This document shows, piece by piece, positions 13,039 through 23,745 of a DNA stretch of 64,000 bases. The DNA is from Alphaproteobacteria bacterium (GTDB lineage: Bacteria; Pseudomonadota; Alphaproteobacteria; MPNO01; UBA830). The notes under the pieces are model-generated. The model was not told the DNA's origin. It ran no database searches and saw only the letters and a list, made by a program, of their open reading frames with translations. Position 1 is the stretch's first letter; each line of letters starts with the position of its first letter. The translations under genes and the position numbers were made by a program. The stretch lies in the NCBI GenBank assembly GCA_965243135.1, contig OZ251539.1:2048001-2112000 (forward strand), given 5' to 3'.

Positions 13039-14304
13039 TCAACTTGCCGTGCCGCTTTCCCCGAGCCTGTCGGAATAGATGTAGAGAGGCTGCGCCCGGC
13101 CCTCGACGACTTCGCCGTTGATGGCGATCTCCTCGACTCCCTCGAGGCCGGGCAGTTCGAACATGGTCCCGAGCAGGATGTTCTCCAGAATCGACCGCAG
13201 GCCCCTGGCGCCGGTCTTGCGGCTGATCGCCTTGTTGGCGACAGCGTGGAGCGCGTCGTCGCTGAAGGTGAGCTTGACGTCCTCCATTTCGAAGAGGCGT
13301 CCGTACTGCTTCACGAGCGCGTTCTTCGGCGTCGTGAGAATCTCCACCAGCGATTCCTCGTCGAGATCCTCGAGGGTCGCGATCACGGGAAGGCGGCCCA
13401 CGAACTCGGGGATCAGCCCGAACTTCAGAAGGTCCTCCGGCTGAACGCCGCGCAGGATTTCCCCGGCGGGCCGGTCGTCCGGGCTTCGCACGTCGGCCCC
13501 GAAACCGATGCTCGACCCCTGGCCCCGGTTGCTGATGATCTTGTCGAGCCGCGAGAACGCGCCGCCGCATATGAACAGGATGTTCGTCGTGTCGACCTGC
13601 AGGAACTCCTGCTGCGGATGCTTGCGTCCGCCCTGCGGCGGAACGGAAGCGACCGTGCCCTCCATGATCTTCAGCAGGGCCTGCTGCACCCCCTCCCCCG
13701 AAACGTCGCGGGTGATCGACGGGTTGTCCGACTTGCGGGAAATCTTGTCCACCTCGTCGATGTAGACGATGCCGCGCTGCGCCCGCTCGACGTTGTAATC
13801 GGCCGCCTGGAGCAGCTTGAGGATGATGTTCTCCACGTCTTCGCCGACGTACCCCGCTTCGGTGAGCGTGGTGGCGTCGGCCATCGTGAAGGGAACGTCG
13901 AGGATGCGGGCGAGGGTCTGGGCGAGCAACGTCTTGCCGCAGCCCGTCGGACCGATGAGGATGATGTTGGATTTCGCGATCTCGACGTCGTTGGCCTTCT
14001 GGCCGTGGGACAGGCGCTTGTAATGGTTGTGGACGGCGACCGAAAGCACGCGCTTGGCATGCGACTGGCCGATGACGTAATCGTCGAGGACGGAGCAAAT
14101 CTCGCGCGGATTCGGCACGCCGTCGCGCGACTTGACGAGCGTCGTCTTGTGCTCCTCCCGGATAATGTCCATGCACAGTTCGACGCATTCGTCGCAGATG
14201 AACACCGTCGGGCCGGCGATCAGCTTCCGAACCTCGTGCTGACTCTTGCCGCAAAACGAGCAGTAAAGGACGTTCTTGGAATCGCCGCCTGCGGATTTGC
14301 TCAT
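13039..14304 (-). CDS. clpX: ClpX ATPase subunit
   Basis: CSFCGKSQ zinc finger, [21 protein letters not shown] loop. Confidence 0.98.
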   Translation of the reverse strand: MSKSAGGDSKNVLYCSFCGKSQHEVRKLIAGPTVFICDECVELCMDIIREEHKTTLVKSRDGVPNPREICSVLDDYVIGQSHAKRVLSVAVHNHYKRLSHGQKANDVEIAKSNIILIGPTGCGKTLLAQTLARILDVPFTMADATTLTEAGYVGEDVENIILKLLQAADYNVERAQRGIVYIDEVDKISRKSDNPSITRDVSGEGVQQALLKIMEGTVASVPPQGGRKHPQQEFLQVDTTNILFICGGAFSRLDKIISNRGQGSSIGFGADVRSPDDRPAGEILRGVQPEDLLKFGLIPEFVGRLPVIATLEDLDEESLVEILTTPKNALVKQYGRLFEMEDVKLTFSDDALHAVANKAISRKTGARGLRSILENILLGTMFELPGLEGVEEIAINGEVVEGRAQPLYIYSDRLGESGTAS

Positions 14305-14335
14305 GAACGCACCTGACTAAGGCCTCGGTTCCGGC

Positions 14336-14364
14336 ATGTTACCCGCAAGAGGCGCCGAGGTCAA
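14336..14364 (-). promoter_or_regulatory. Putative sigma70 promoter of clpX
   Basis: TTGACC-17nt-TAACAT about 30 nt upstream of the clpX ATG. Confidence 0.55.
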
Positions 14365-14419
14365 CGAGCCGCCCCGCCCGGGTTCGGCCGCGGCGGCGGC
14401 GCGCCTCGCCCGCAACCGG

Positions 14420-15082
14420 CTACTCGTCCTTTTCGGGTTTCGAATCGCCCGCGGGCGCCGGCCGCTCGGCGACGACCTCGTCGACGATGCCGAATTCCCG
14501 GGCTTCGTCGGCGGAGAGAAACTTGTCCCGCTCCACCGCGGCCTCCATCGTTTCCAGGTCCTGTCCGGTATGCCGCGCGTAAATCTCGTTGAGGCGCGAC
14601 CGAAGCGACAGGATCTCGCGGGCGTGGATCTCGATATCGGTCGCCTGGCCCTGGAATCCGCCCGACGGCTGATGCACCATGATTCTGGCGTTGGGCAGGG
14701 TGTAGCGTTTGCCCGCCTTCCCGGCCGCCAGCAGCAAAGACCCCATCGACGCGGCCTGCCCGATGCAGACCGTCGATATGTCCGGCCTGATGTACTGCAT
14801 GGTGTCGTATATCGCGAGGCCGGCGCTCACGAGCCCGCCCGGCGAGTTGACGTAGAACGCGACGTCCTTGGTCGGGTTTTCCGATTCGAGAAAAAGAAGC
14901 TGCGCGCAGATCAGGCTGGCGACGTGATCGTCCACGGGACCGGTGAGGAAAACGATTCGCTCCTTCAGGAGCCGCGAATAGATGTCGTAGGCGCGCTCCC
15001 CCCGAGCCGTCTGCTCGACCACCATGGGCACAAGCGCGTTCATCCGCGCCTCTCCCCGCGCATTGCCGCTCCCGTTCTTCAT
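14420..15082 (-). CDS. clpP: ClpP protease proteolytic subunit (alternative start 15043)
   Basis: [19 protein letters not shown] and MVHQPSGG motifs. Confidence 0.97.
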   Translation of the reverse strand: MKNGSGNARGEARMNALVPMVVEQTARGERAYDIYSRLLKERIVFLTGPVDDHVASLICAQLLFLESENPTKDVAFYVNSPGGLVSAGLAIYDTMQYIRPDISTVCIGQAASMGSLLLAAGKAGKRYTLPNARIMVHQPSGGFQGQATDIEIHAREILSLRSRLNEIYARHTGQDLETMEAAVERDKFLSADEAREFGIVDEVVAERPAPAGDSKPEKDE

Positions 15083-16428
15083 TCTTCGACTCCTTCCGCC
15101 GACTCGCCGGGTTCGCCGTACAGTTCCTTCTCGGCGACGACGCGATCCGTCACCTGCGCAAGCTCGAGGACGTAATCGACGGCCTTCTCTTCCAGAAGCG
15201 CGTTCCGAATCGCCTCCACCACCTCCGGGTTGCGGTTGTACAGTTCCAGCATCTCGTCGCTGCCGCCGACGGTGGCGACGAGAGCCCTTGCATGCTGGAA
15301 CATTCCCCGCGTCAGTTCGTCCTCGGAAACGGCCAGCCCTTCCCTGTCGACGACGTCGTTCAGCAGCAGCCCCGTCGAAACGCGCCGCCGCGCGATGTTC
15401 ATATAGGTTTCCCGGAGCTCCTCCTCCGACTTTTCCCTATCCTCCTCGTCGAGCGTGCCGGCCTCCCGCGCCCGCTCGACGTCGCGCCAGATCGCGTCGA
15501 ATTGCCGTTCCAGCATTCCGGGCGGAACGTCGACGTCGATCATCTCCGAGAGCTTGTCGAACAGGTCGACCTTGAGCCGTTTCCGCGAATCCAGCAGATG
15601 CTCGCGTTCGCGATCCTTGCGAATGGCCGCCCGGAGTTCGGCCAGACTTTCATGGCCCATGGATTCGGCGAGCGAATCGTCGACCAGAACGGGATCGGGT
15701 TCGCGAACCTCGACGACTTTCACCTCGAACGCGGCCTCTTTGCCCCGCAGATTTTCGGGGAAGCGGTCGTCGGCGAACGAGACGCTCACCTCGCGCGCGT
15801 CGCCCGCGACCAGGCCGACGAGCCGTTCGTCGAACTCGGAAAAAAGCTGGCCGCGCCCGAGCAGCAGCTCGAACCCCTCCGCCGAGCCCCCCTCGAACGG
15901 CTCGCCGTCGATGCGGCCGTCATAGTCGATCACCACCATGTCGCCCTCGGCGGCCGCCCGGCCGGCGCCGGGGCTGTAGGTCCGGCGCGATGCGGCGAGG
16001 ATTCCGAGGTTCTCCTCGACCCTTTCGTCCGTAACTTCGACGACCATCCGCTCGAGTTCGATCGCGCCGAAATCGACGGAGGGAATGTCGGGCAACACCT
16101 CGACCGTCAGCTTGTATTCCAGATCGGCGCCGTCCTCGTTCGTGACGATATCGATCGCGGGCGGCATCGCCGGGCGCAGTTCCCTCTCGTCCATCGCCCG
16201 TTGCGCGGTTTCCTGCACGGTCGTCTCGACCGTCTCGGCGCGAGCGGCCTTGCCGAAACGCGCCTTCAGCACGGATATCGGAACCTTGCCGGGCCGAAAA
16301 CCCGGGATGGGGGCCGCTTGCCCGACTTCCTTGAGTCTTTCCGCGACGCGGCTCTCGAAATCGTCCTTCGGCACGACGACGTTCAATACGCGCCGGTGTT
16401 TTTCGCTGCCCGTTTCGGTAACCTGCAT
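15079..16428 (-). CDS. tig: Trigger factor
   Basis: Start MQVTET; [10 protein letters not shown] ribosome-binding motif; FKBP-like central domain; lies upstream of clpP. Confidence 0.95.
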   Translation of the reverse strand: MQVTETGSEKHRRVLNVVVPKDDFESRVAERLKEVGQAAPIPGFRPGKVPISVLKARFGKAARAETVETTVQETAQRAMDERELRPAMPPAIDIVTNEDGADLEYKLTVEVLPDIPSVDFGAIELERMVVEVTDERVEENLGILAASRRTYSPGAGRAAAEGDMVVIDYDGRIDGEPFEGGSAEGFELLLGRGQLFSEFDERLVGLVAGDAREVSVSFADDRFPENLRGKEAAFEVKVVEVREPDPVLVDDSLAESMGHESLAELRAAIRKDREREHLLDSRKRLKVDLFDKLSEMIDVDVPPGMLERQFDAIWRDVERAREAGTLDEEDREKSEEELRETYMNIARRRVSTGLLLNDVVDREGLAVSEDELTRGMFQHARALVATVGGSDEMLELYNRNPEVVEAIRNALLEEKAVDYVLELAQVTDRVVAEKELYGEPGESAEGVEE

Positions 16429-16477
16429 CGTCTTCTCTCTCGGCTTTAGCTCGCGCAGTTCGTGCGCGGCTGCGTTC

Positions 16478-16562
16478 TGGTGCGGGCGAAGGGACTCGAA
16501 CCCCCACGGCTTGCGCCACCAGATCCTAAATCTGGCGTGTCTACCAGTTTCACCACGCCCGC
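16478..16562 (-). tRNA. tRNA-Leu (TAG)
   Basis: Cloverleaf with long variable arm, TTTAGGA loop and CCA end; canonical position before tig. Confidence 0.97.
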
Positions 16563-16600
16563 ATGCGCCGACGAACACCTAATCGCGAGATCGCCGCCCG

Positions 16601-18955
16601 TCAACCGGCGCGCGAAGCGACGAGGCAGGCCCGCGCCGCCGCGTCGAGAATCGCATCGGCGTCGATTCCGTAATGAGCGTAGAGGTCCGGCAAATCGCCC
16701 GATTGCCCGAAGCTGTCGACGCCAAGCGGATAGATTCTGTGGCCGGCGACGGACCCGAACCAGCCGAGGGTCGCCGAATGACCGTCGCAGACCGTCACCA
16801 GCGCGGCGCTCGCGTCCATGCTCGACAACAGCCGTTCCACGTGCGCCACGACGCCGTCCTCGCCCGACCTGCGGGCCCGGCGGGCGCCGATCCAATCGGC
16901 GTGGAGGCGGTCGGCCGAGGTGACCGCGAGCAGCCCGGCCTCCGGAACGTCCTCGGCCAGATCCCGATAGGCCGACATCGCTTCCGGCGCCACGGCGCCC
17001 ATATACGCGATCGCCAGCGCGCTGCCGGCCGCCGGCTCCCGCAACCAGTAGCCTCCGGCGGTTATCGCCCCCCGGCCCTCCGCATCCAGCGACCGGTCGG
17101 GCTGATCGACCGGCCGGGTCGAAAGGCGAAGCGCGACGGAGCCGCCGTCCTCGTCCTGCATGTAATCGAACGCCCAGCGCATGATTTCGGCCAGCTCGTC
17201 GACGAAGGCGGGTTCGAAGGAGGCCATGCCGGGCTGCGCAAGCGTGATCAGCGTCGTTTCCGAAGCCTGGTGCGCGCCCCCTTCCGGAGCCAGCGTGATC
17301 CCGGAGGGCGTCGCCGCCAGCATGAATCGCGCGCCCTGATAGCAGGCATAGTTCATGGCGTCCAGGCCGCGGCGTATGAACGGATCGTAGAGGGTGCCTA
17401 TCGGCAACAGACGGACTCCGAACATGCTGTCCGCGAGTCCCAGCGCCGAGAGCTGGAGGAACAGATTGGTTTCGGCGATGCCGAGTTCGATATGCTGGCC
17501 CTCGGGATCCATGCGCCATCTCTGCGCGGACACGACGCTTTCTTCCGCGAACGTATCGGCCCTTTCGGAACGGCCGAAGATGCCGCGCCTGTTCACCCAG
17601 GGTCCGAGTCCGGTCGAGACCGTCACGTCGGGCGACGTCGATACGATCCGGTCCGCCAGGCTTCCGCCGGCCGCGGCGAGGCGGTTGAGTATCCTCCCGA
17701 AGCCGTCCTGGGTCGACATGACCGGGCGGACGTCCGCCTCCAGCCTGTCGGGAACGTCGATTCGGGGCGCCCGCAGGCGGCGGGGATAGCTGCGGGCGAA
17801 CGGCACTTCGGCAAGAAACGCCTCCAGGCCGGCGTCGTCGACGCCGAGTCCGGCGAAACGGTCCCATTCGGCGCCGACCGGCACGCCCATCGCGGCACGG
17901 AAGGCCTCCATCTGCTCCGGATTCATCAAGCCCGCGTGGTTATCCTTGTGGCCGGCGAAGGGGAGTCCGAATCCCTTCACCGTGTAAGCGATGAAACAGG
18001 TCGGCCGGTCGTCGTCGACGGCATGGAAGGCTTCGAGCGACGATTCGAGATCGTTGCCGGCCAGATTCGTCATCAGCGCCTGCAAGGAATCGTCGTCGCG
18101 GGAGGCGAGCAACGGCTTCGCCACGCCGTCCTTCGCCAGATGTTCGCGCCATGCGGCGCCGCCCTTGAAAGTGAGGGCGGAATAAAGCGAGTTCGGACAA
18201 TCGTCGATCCATTGGCGCAACGCCTCGCCGCCCGGCTCTTCGAAGGCGCGCTCGAGCAGTTTGCCGTATTTCATGGTGACGACGCGCCAGCCCATGTTCT
18301 CGAAGAGCCGGTCGATGCGGCCGAAGAGGCGGTCGGAAACGACGGAATCCAGACTCTGCCGGTTGTAGTCGATGACCCACCAGACGTTGCGGACTTCCTT
18401 CTTCCACCCTTCGAGAAGCGCCTCGTACATATTGCCTTCGTCGAGTTCGGCGTCGCCGACCACCGCGACCATGCGCCCGTCCGGCCGGTCCGGCGGCATC
18501 AGCCCCTTGAGGCGCACGTAGTCCTGGACGATCGACGAAAAGACGGTATGCGCCGCGCCGAGTCCCACGGATCCCGTGGAAATGTCCACGTCGTCGGCGT
18601 CCTTGATTCGCGACGGGTACGATTGCGCCCCTCCGAACGCCCGCAACCCTTCAAGCTGCTCGCGCGCCTGGTGTCCGAGGAGATACTGGATCGCGTGGAA
18701 AACCGGAGCCGCATGCGGCTTCACCGCGACGCGGTCGCGCGCCCGCAACACGTCGAAATACAGCGCCGTCATCACGGTCGCGACGGACGCGCTCGATGCC
18801 TGGTGCCCTCCGACCTTCAGCCCGTCGCGGGACGGCCGCACGTGATTCGCGTTGTGGATCATCCAGGCGGAAAGCCACAGCACCTTCCGCTCGAGCGCGC
18901 GCAAGGCCGTCAACTTATCGATTCGATTTTCCGCCCCCGCTTCGATGGCAGCCAT
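16601..18955 (-). CDS. AceE-like ThDP-dependent enzyme (pyruvate dehydrogenase E1/transketolase family)
   Basis: KVGGHQASSAS, STGSVGLG, GDAELDEG ThDP motif, NRQSLD, ELGIAE, EGGAHQ. Confidence 0.85.
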   Translation of the reverse strand: MAAIEAGAENRIDKLTALRALERKVLWLSAWMIHNANHVRPSRDGLKVGGHQASSASVATVMTALYFDVLRARDRVAVKPHAAPVFHAIQYLLGHQAREQLEGLRAFGGAQSYPSRIKDADDVDISTGSVGLGAAHTVFSSIVQDYVRLKGLMPPDRPDGRMVAVVGDAELDEGNMYEALLEGWKKEVRNVWWVIDYNRQSLDSVVSDRLFGRIDRLFENMGWRVVTMKYGKLLERAFEEPGGEALRQWIDDCPNSLYSALTFKGGAAWREHLAKDGVAKPLLASRDDDSLQALMTNLAGNDLESSLEAFHAVDDDRPTCFIAYTVKGFGLPFAGHKDNHAGLMNPEQMEAFRAAMGVPVGAEWDRFAGLGVDDAGLEAFLAEVPFARSYPRRLRAPRIDVPDRLEADVRPVMSTQDGFGRILNRLAAAGGSLADRIVSTSPDVTVSTGLGPWVNRRGIFGRSERADTFAEESVVSAQRWRMDPEGQHIELGIAETNLFLQLSALGLADSMFGVRLLPIGTLYDPFIRRGLDAMNYACYQGARFMLAATPSGITLAPEGGAHQASETTLITLAQPGMASFEPAFVDELAEIMRWAFDYMQDEDGGSVALRLSTRPVDQPDRSLDAEGRGAITAGGYWLREPAAGSALAIAYMGAVAPEAMSAYRDLAEDVPEAGLLAVTSADRLHADWIGARRARRSGEDGVVAHVERLLSSMDASAALVTVCDGHSATLGWFGSVAGHRIYPLGVDSFGQSGDLPDLYAHYGIDADAILDAAARACLVASRAG

Positions 18956-19201
18956 CCCGTCTCTTCCCGTTGCGCCGCCATCATAGCAACGGAAGCGCGT
19001 CCTTGCGGAACCTTCCCGAATTCCCGCGATCGGCGTCGCGAGCGTCAGGTCGAGTTTCGCCCTGAACCGCGTCGACGCCGTCCTGCCGCCGCGGCCCCGA
19101 CGGGAATGCCGCCGCCGACGCGGCGGCCGGAAGATCCCGGCTGCGCGACAGGCGCCGGGGAAAATCCGGCGCCGCGAGACGACGCGAAGGACGGATTTTT
19201 C

Positions 19202-19278
19202 TGGTCGGGGCGGACGGATTCGAACCGCCGACCCTCTGCTCCCAAAGCAGATGCGCTACCAGGCTGCGCTACGCCCCG
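19202..19278 (-). tRNA. tRNA-Pro (TGG)
   Basis: CGGGGCG...TTTGGGA loop...TTCGAAT...CGCCCCGACCA. Confidence 0.97.
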
Positions 19279-19328
19279 ACCGCGGACGGAAAATAGGGTC
19301 GCGGCGCAGCGGATGCAACCGCCGACCG

Positions 19329-19841
19329 TCATGGCATCGAGCGATCCGCCTGCCCCTTTTCGGCCGGCATCTTGGCGATCGGTTCGACGAACTGCAGTTC
19401 GGTATCCCAAGGGAAAAATATCCAGGTGTCCTGGCTGACTTCGGTGATGAAGGTATCCACCATCGGCCGTCCCTCGGGCTTGGCGTAGACGGTGGCGAAA
19501 TGCGCTTTCGGCAGCAGCTCGCGAACGACGCGCGCGGTCCGGCCGGTATCGACGAGATCGTCGACGATCAGCGTACCCTTCCCTTGCCCGGAATCGGAGA
19601 CGGTCTTCAGCACCTCGAGATCGCCCTGGTCCTGATGGTCGTACGAAGAGACGCAGACGGTGTCGATCAAACGCACCTCAAGCTCGCGGGCCACGATCGC
19701 CGCCGGAACCAGACCGCCCCGGGTCACCGCCACGATGCTGCGCCAAGGGCCGTCGGCCGTCAGCCGCCAAGCCAGCGCCTTGGCGTCGCGGTGAAGTTGA
19801 TCCCATGAAACCGGAAACGCCTTCTGAAAATGCTCGGCCAT
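19329..19841 (-). CDS. gpt: Xanthine phosphoribosyltransferase
   Basis: [30 protein letters not shown] motif, [10 protein letters not shown]. Confidence 0.93.
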   Translation of the reverse strand: MAEHFQKAFPVSWDQLHRDAKALAWRLTADGPWRSIVAVTRGGLVPAAIVARELEVRLIDTVCVSSYDHQDQGDLEVLKTVSDSGQGKGTLIVDDLVDTGRTARVVRELLPKAHFATVYAKPEGRPMVDTFITEVSQDTWIFFPWDTELQFVEPIAKMPAEKGQADRSMP

Positions 19842-20221
19842 GTTCCTCCCCAGCCGCCGCTCCATCCAATGAGCGGGGCGTCAATATACCAGATGCCGGA
19901 CGCCGTCGACGCTGTCGACGCCGGCGTTTGCGCGGCGCGTGTCGTCGTCCCGGCGCCGCGGAGAAGGCGCGACAGGAACCCGCTCCCGGGCGCCCGACCG
20001 AGGCCGGCGCGCCCCATGGCCGCGACAAGATCCTCGCCCTGCGCGAGCGCGAGCGGTCAAGGATGTCCGGCGTAAGCGTTCGCTACCCGGGCGACGGAAC
20101 CTGCCCCGAAAAAACAACGAGAAAGACTGGAAACGATTCTCTGGTCCCTGTATGTTATTGGCCATGTGGTCAGAAGCCTTCGATGTCCGGGCAGCGTTGC
20201 TGGCCGAACGGGACGAGGCGT

Positions 20222-20321
20222 GTCAAGAAGCGGAAGCGTCGCGCCAGGGCGAATTCAAGAATGGCCATTGCCAAGCGCTGCCCGCGAGGAGGAGGAGGCA
20301 GCGGCCTTTCGCGAAAGCGCC
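20222..20321. repeat. Degenerate direct repeat, copy 1
   Basis: Exact 20-mer GCCAAGCGCTGCCCGCGAGG at 20270-20289 is shared with 21979-21998; flanking GTCAAG, CAGGGCGA, GGCAGCGG and AAGCGCC blocks are collinear. Confidence 0.75.
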
Positions 20322-20351
20322 GCCTGCGTCCGAACGGGACGGCTCCCGGCT

Positions 20352-21899
20352 TCAGACGGTCTCGAACTCGAACCCGACGATGTTGCGCTCCTCCCGGCCG
20401 AACTCCACCCCGATCAGGTGGACCGGCACGCCCGGACGCCGGTGCTTGTCCGCGTAGCCGCGCTCCCGAATCTGCGCCAGCGCCCGGCCTTGCGGCTTCC
20501 CGTCCGCGACCTTGAACTCGAACAGATAGACGTTGCCGTTGTACAGGAGCGTCAGGTCCGAGCGGCCGCGCGCCGTGCTCTCCTCCGCGCGGACGTCCAT
20601 GCCCGCCGCCACGAAGTGCGAATAGAACACGCTCGCGTAGTGCGCCTCGTAGCCGGCCATGCCCGTGTTCGCGTACCACTCGTTCGGGATGCTCGCCAGG
20701 AACGCCCGGAACAGATTCTCGAGGCCGGCGAAGTCGTTCGCCCGCATCAGGCGGCGCAACTCCCGGCTCTCCGCCGCGACCGTGACCTCCGGCGCCATCG
20801 CCTTCAGCAGAAGCGCGTTCAGACTGCGCTTCACCTCCTGGTTCGGGTAGTCCAGCCGGTAGAGGCGCGTGTCTTCGTCCCGCTCCTCGTCGACGATGGT
20901 CAGATAGCCGGTCTGGAACAGCAGCGCCTCGACGGGAATGCGGTCGACGTCGATGGCCGACAGCAGCGCGTCGTCCGCGACCAGATCCTCCAGGGCCGGC
21001 GGCGCGAACCGGCGCCGCGACAGAAGGTCGGCGAGAAAGGTCGGCGTGCCGGTCTGGAACCAGTGCGCCTCGAACTCGCGCGTTTCGAAGAGAAGGAGAA
21101 TGTCGAACGGGTTGTAGACCCTCTCCGGCCCGCGCCAGTTGTAGCCGTTGTACCAGCGCCGAACCTTCTCCCGGTCCAGGCCCTCGAGTTCCGGGGCGAA
21201 GACCGCGTCCAGCTCGTCGTCAGTGTAGCCGCAGATGGCGCCGAAACGCGGATCGAGGGTGATGTCGCGCAGGTTGTTCAGGCCCGAGAACAGGCCCGCC
21301 TGCGAGAACTTGCTCACGCCGGTAAGGAAGGCGAACCGGACATGCGCGTCGCAGTCCTTGACGACGCTGTAGAAGCCGCGCAGGAAGTCGCGGTTGGCCA
21401 GCGCCAGTTCCCGGTCGCCGAGCGCGTCCAGAATCGGCTTGTCGTATTCGTCGACCAGAATGACCGTCCGCTGCCCGGCGCGCTCGTGCAGCGTCCTTAT
21501 CAGGCGCCGGAAACGGACCGCCGCCCCGGCGGGGCCCGGTTCGAGGCCGGCCAGCCGTTCCGTTTCCTCCAACTGGTCTTCCACGTTTCCCCGAACGAGA
21601 TCCGGGGAGTCGAAATTGCCCCCGCCGAAGCTGATCCGCACGACGGGATGGCGCGCCGACCAGTCCCACTTGCCGTGTATGGCGAGATCGCGAAACAGCT
21701 CCTCGCTTCCCTTGAACAACTCCTGCAGCGTGTCCACCAGCAGGGTCTTGCCGAACCGGCGCGGACGCGACAGAAAATAATATTGACCACCCTCGACAAG
21801 GCGGCGGACATGGTCCGTCTTGTCGACGTAGTAGCAGTCCATCTCTCCCCGGATTTTCCGGAGGGAGGTCATGCCGGTCGGCAGCATGCGCTTCGTCAT
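20352..21899 (-). CDS. AAA-ATPase-like protein with C-terminal PD-(D/E)XK nuclease domain
   Basis: YYVDKT, LSRPRRFGKT, ILVDEYDKP, TGVSKF, C-terminal GRSDL...FEFK...QIRERGY. Confidence 0.9.
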   Translation of the reverse strand: MTKRMLPTGMTSLRKIRGEMDCYYVDKTDHVRRLVEGGQYYFLSRPRRFGKTLLVDTLQELFKGSEELFRDLAIHGKWDWSARHPVVRISFGGGNFDSPDLVRGNVEDQLEETERLAGLEPGPAGAAVRFRRLIRTLHERAGQRTVILVDEYDKPILDALGDRELALANRDFLRGFYSVVKDCDAHVRFAFLTGVSKFSQAGLFSGLNNLRDITLDPRFGAICGYTDDELDAVFAPELEGLDREKVRRWYNGYNWRGPERVYNPFDILLLFETREFEAHWFQTGTPTFLADLLSRRRFAPPALEDLVADDALLSAIDVDRIPVEALLFQTGYLTIVDEERDEDTRLYRLDYPNQEVKRSLNALLLKAMAPEVTVAAESRELRRLMRANDFAGLENLFRAFLASIPNEWYANTGMAGYEAHYASVFYSHFVAAGMDVRAEESTARGRSDLTLLYNGNVYLFEFKVADGKPQGRALAQIRERGYADKHRRPGVPVHLIGVEFGREERNIVGFEFETV

Positions 21900-21905
21900 C
21901 CCAGG

Positions 21906-21934
21906 AGACTAGGCCGCCGCGCCGGAGCCGTCAA
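21906..21934 (-). promoter_or_regulatory. Putative sigma70 promoter giving a leaderless transcript
   Basis: TTGACG-17nt-TAGTCT followed by only 6 nt before the ATG at 21899; no Shine-Dalgarno. Confidence 0.55.
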
Positions 21935-22020
21935 GGAGCCGGCGGTCGGCAAGCAGGGCGAGGAACGGGGCGGTCATGGCCAAGCGCTGCCCGCGAGGCG
22001 GCAGCGGTGCGGGAAGCGCC
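21930..22020. repeat. Degenerate direct repeat, copy 2
   Basis: Matches copy 1 at 20222-20321; contains an internal GCTGCC...GGCAGC hairpin. Confidence 0.75.
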
Positions 22021-22737
22021 AGCGTCGGGAGGTCAAGTGTAAGCGGTCACCGGCAGTTTCAGGTGCAAAGCCGCGCCTGAAAGGAAGGCGTTTCCGTTTC
22101 ACGCCTGGTCAGGCCGGAAAATGCCGCGTGCTTTCAAGCAGTTCCGCAGCACCATGTCGTGGGATTCCCTTTCCTCTGTAATAACAGCCGCCGTCTGCGG
22201 TTCTCGGCCTTTCCCGCAAGAAGCCGTGCCGATCGTGGCGACAATCAGCACATAGATATTCATCGAAACTCCGCGCCTCTACTCATTGCACCGAAAATGG
22301 TTGCAACGAGCGAGTTCGTAATGATTCTTCGCGCCGGAAAAATAGTACTGCCGCTCGGCCATTGCGCGGGTCGTGCGCGCCCGGTCCGAGCCGGCGGGTG
22401 CGGAACCAGGACCGATCGTTCCTGTGTTTTCTCGCGATATCCCCCCACAAGCTTGAGATCGCATATGGATTGTAGCCGGCAAGAGCGGCATAGACGACGC
22501 CGATCTTGTCCGCCTCGTTCTCGTTCGGAACGCTGTACGCAAGGTCGACGACGACGGCAAGCGGTGGACGACGTCTCCGGAACCTCGCAGCGCGGTTCCC
22601 GGGTATGAGTGCTCACGATAATTGATTGGGTTTGTTTCGCCGTTTTTGATGGTTTTCCATGCCGAGAACAGGGCTGGCTAGTGAGTGTTTCCGGTTTCCG
22701 TTTCCGCCCGGTCCATAGGGTTGTCGGGAACCGGAAG

Positions 22738-22803
22738 GCGGGGGGGGCATCTGCCTTCGGTCGGGCTACGCCCTCCCTGCGGCGGATGCCCCCCCCCCCC
22801 CGC
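22738..22803. repeat. Long GC-rich inverted repeat (stem-loop)
   Basis: GC-G8-CATCTGCC...GGCGGATG-C13-GC with a nested GGGCTACGCCC loop. Confidence 0.75.
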
Positions 22804-22824
22804 ACTGCTACTTGCGACGCTTGG

Positions 22825-23745
22825 TCAAGATGCGATGCAATACCCGTCAGGGGTGTGAGCGACCCGCCCTTCGGAGACCAGTTCTCTGAGAACGCTGCTG
22901 ACGGTGCTGGCGCGCATGTGCGCCGCATCCCGGATTTGCCGCTGGGAGAGCGGAGTGTCGGCGAGAAGGTTTTCGACGCGTTGGCGAGGCGACATGGCAG
23001 GCGCTTCGGAGGCGGCCTCGACGATCTGCAGCGACGGGACCGGTGTCTCGCGCAATTCGAGAACGATTTCGTCGGGGCTTTTGGAAGCGCGATGTTCGAC
23101 AGTCAGCAAAATGCGGTGCTTCTTGCGTCGTAGATAAAGGTTGGAGTCGCCCCAGGCGTGCAGTTCGGAAGAGCCGCGCAACGCCTGTCCGCCTCGCGCA
23201 TGGGCGCTCTTGCGGGCATGGTGGACGAGAACGACGGCTGTCTCGAAGTTGCGTTGCAGGTCGCGCAGGCAGGCGAGCAACGGTGCGACCTCGCCTGCGG
23301 CGTTTTCGTCGATGCGGTGGAGGCGAACCAGAGGATCAAGAACCAGCAGGCGTGGCCGGACGCGGCGGACCGTCTCGAACAGGCGCTGCCTGTCGTCGGC
23401 CAGGTCAAGACGCACAGCGGGAACGTCGATCACGTCGATATCGAGGTTGTCGAGATAGGTTCCGGCGGCCTGTGCGATGCCATCGAGGCGCTCGCGAACG
23501 ATGTGGGCGGCGTCTTCCGCGGCGAACAGCAGAACGCGGCCGGAAGCAGCGGAGAAGCGTCGCAGGCAGGGCGTGCCGGTTGCGACGGCAACGGCGAGAT
23601 CAAGAGCGAGAAAGGATTTGCCGCACTTTGGCTCTCCGCCGATAATGCCGACCGCCTGCTCGCTCCACAGTTGTTCGACGAGCCAGCGCCGCTCCTGCGG
23701 CTGTTCGGCGAGTTCCGCGGGCCGACGGGTGGGGAAAGCATTCAT
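22825..23745 (-). CDS. AAA_25 / RepA-like (SF4 helicase-like) ATPase with C-terminal HTH
   Basis: WLVEQLW, GGEPKCGKS Walker A, LLVLDPL Walker B, VLVHHARK, RGSSEL; ATGA overlap with the upstream gene. Confidence 0.82.
   Translation of the reverse strand: MNAFPTRRPAELAEQPQERRWLVEQLWSEQAVGIIGGEPKCGKSFLALDLAVAVATGTPCLRRFSAASGRVLLFAAEDAAHIVRERLDGIAQAAGTYLDNLDIDVIDVPAVRLDLADDRQRLFETVRRVRPRLLVLDPLVRLHRIDENAAGEVAPLLACLRDLQRNFETAVVLVHHARKSAHARGGQALRGSSELHAWGDSNLYLRRKKHRILLTVEHRASKSPDEIVLELRETPVPSLQIVEAASEAPAMSPRQRVENLLADTPLSQRQIRDAAHMRASTVSSVLRELVSEGRVAHTPDGYCIAS

Noticed and set aside
13016-13043. Possible RpoH promoter for lon (GTTGAT...CCACAT)
   Set aside because: It is biologically plausible but the match to consensus is too loose to call.
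1-19438. Very long opposite-strand or alternate-frame ORFs (e.g. 1545..3428 +, 3046..5202 +, 10434..13016 -, 16673..19438 +)
   Set aside because: They are shadow ORFs of high-GC genes: Arg/Ala/Pro-rich, with no motifs, and largely overlapping well-supported genes.
19881-20165. 94-aa minus-strand ORF downstream of repeat copy 1
   Set aside because: It has no recognisable motif and low-complexity composition, so there is not enough support for a gene.
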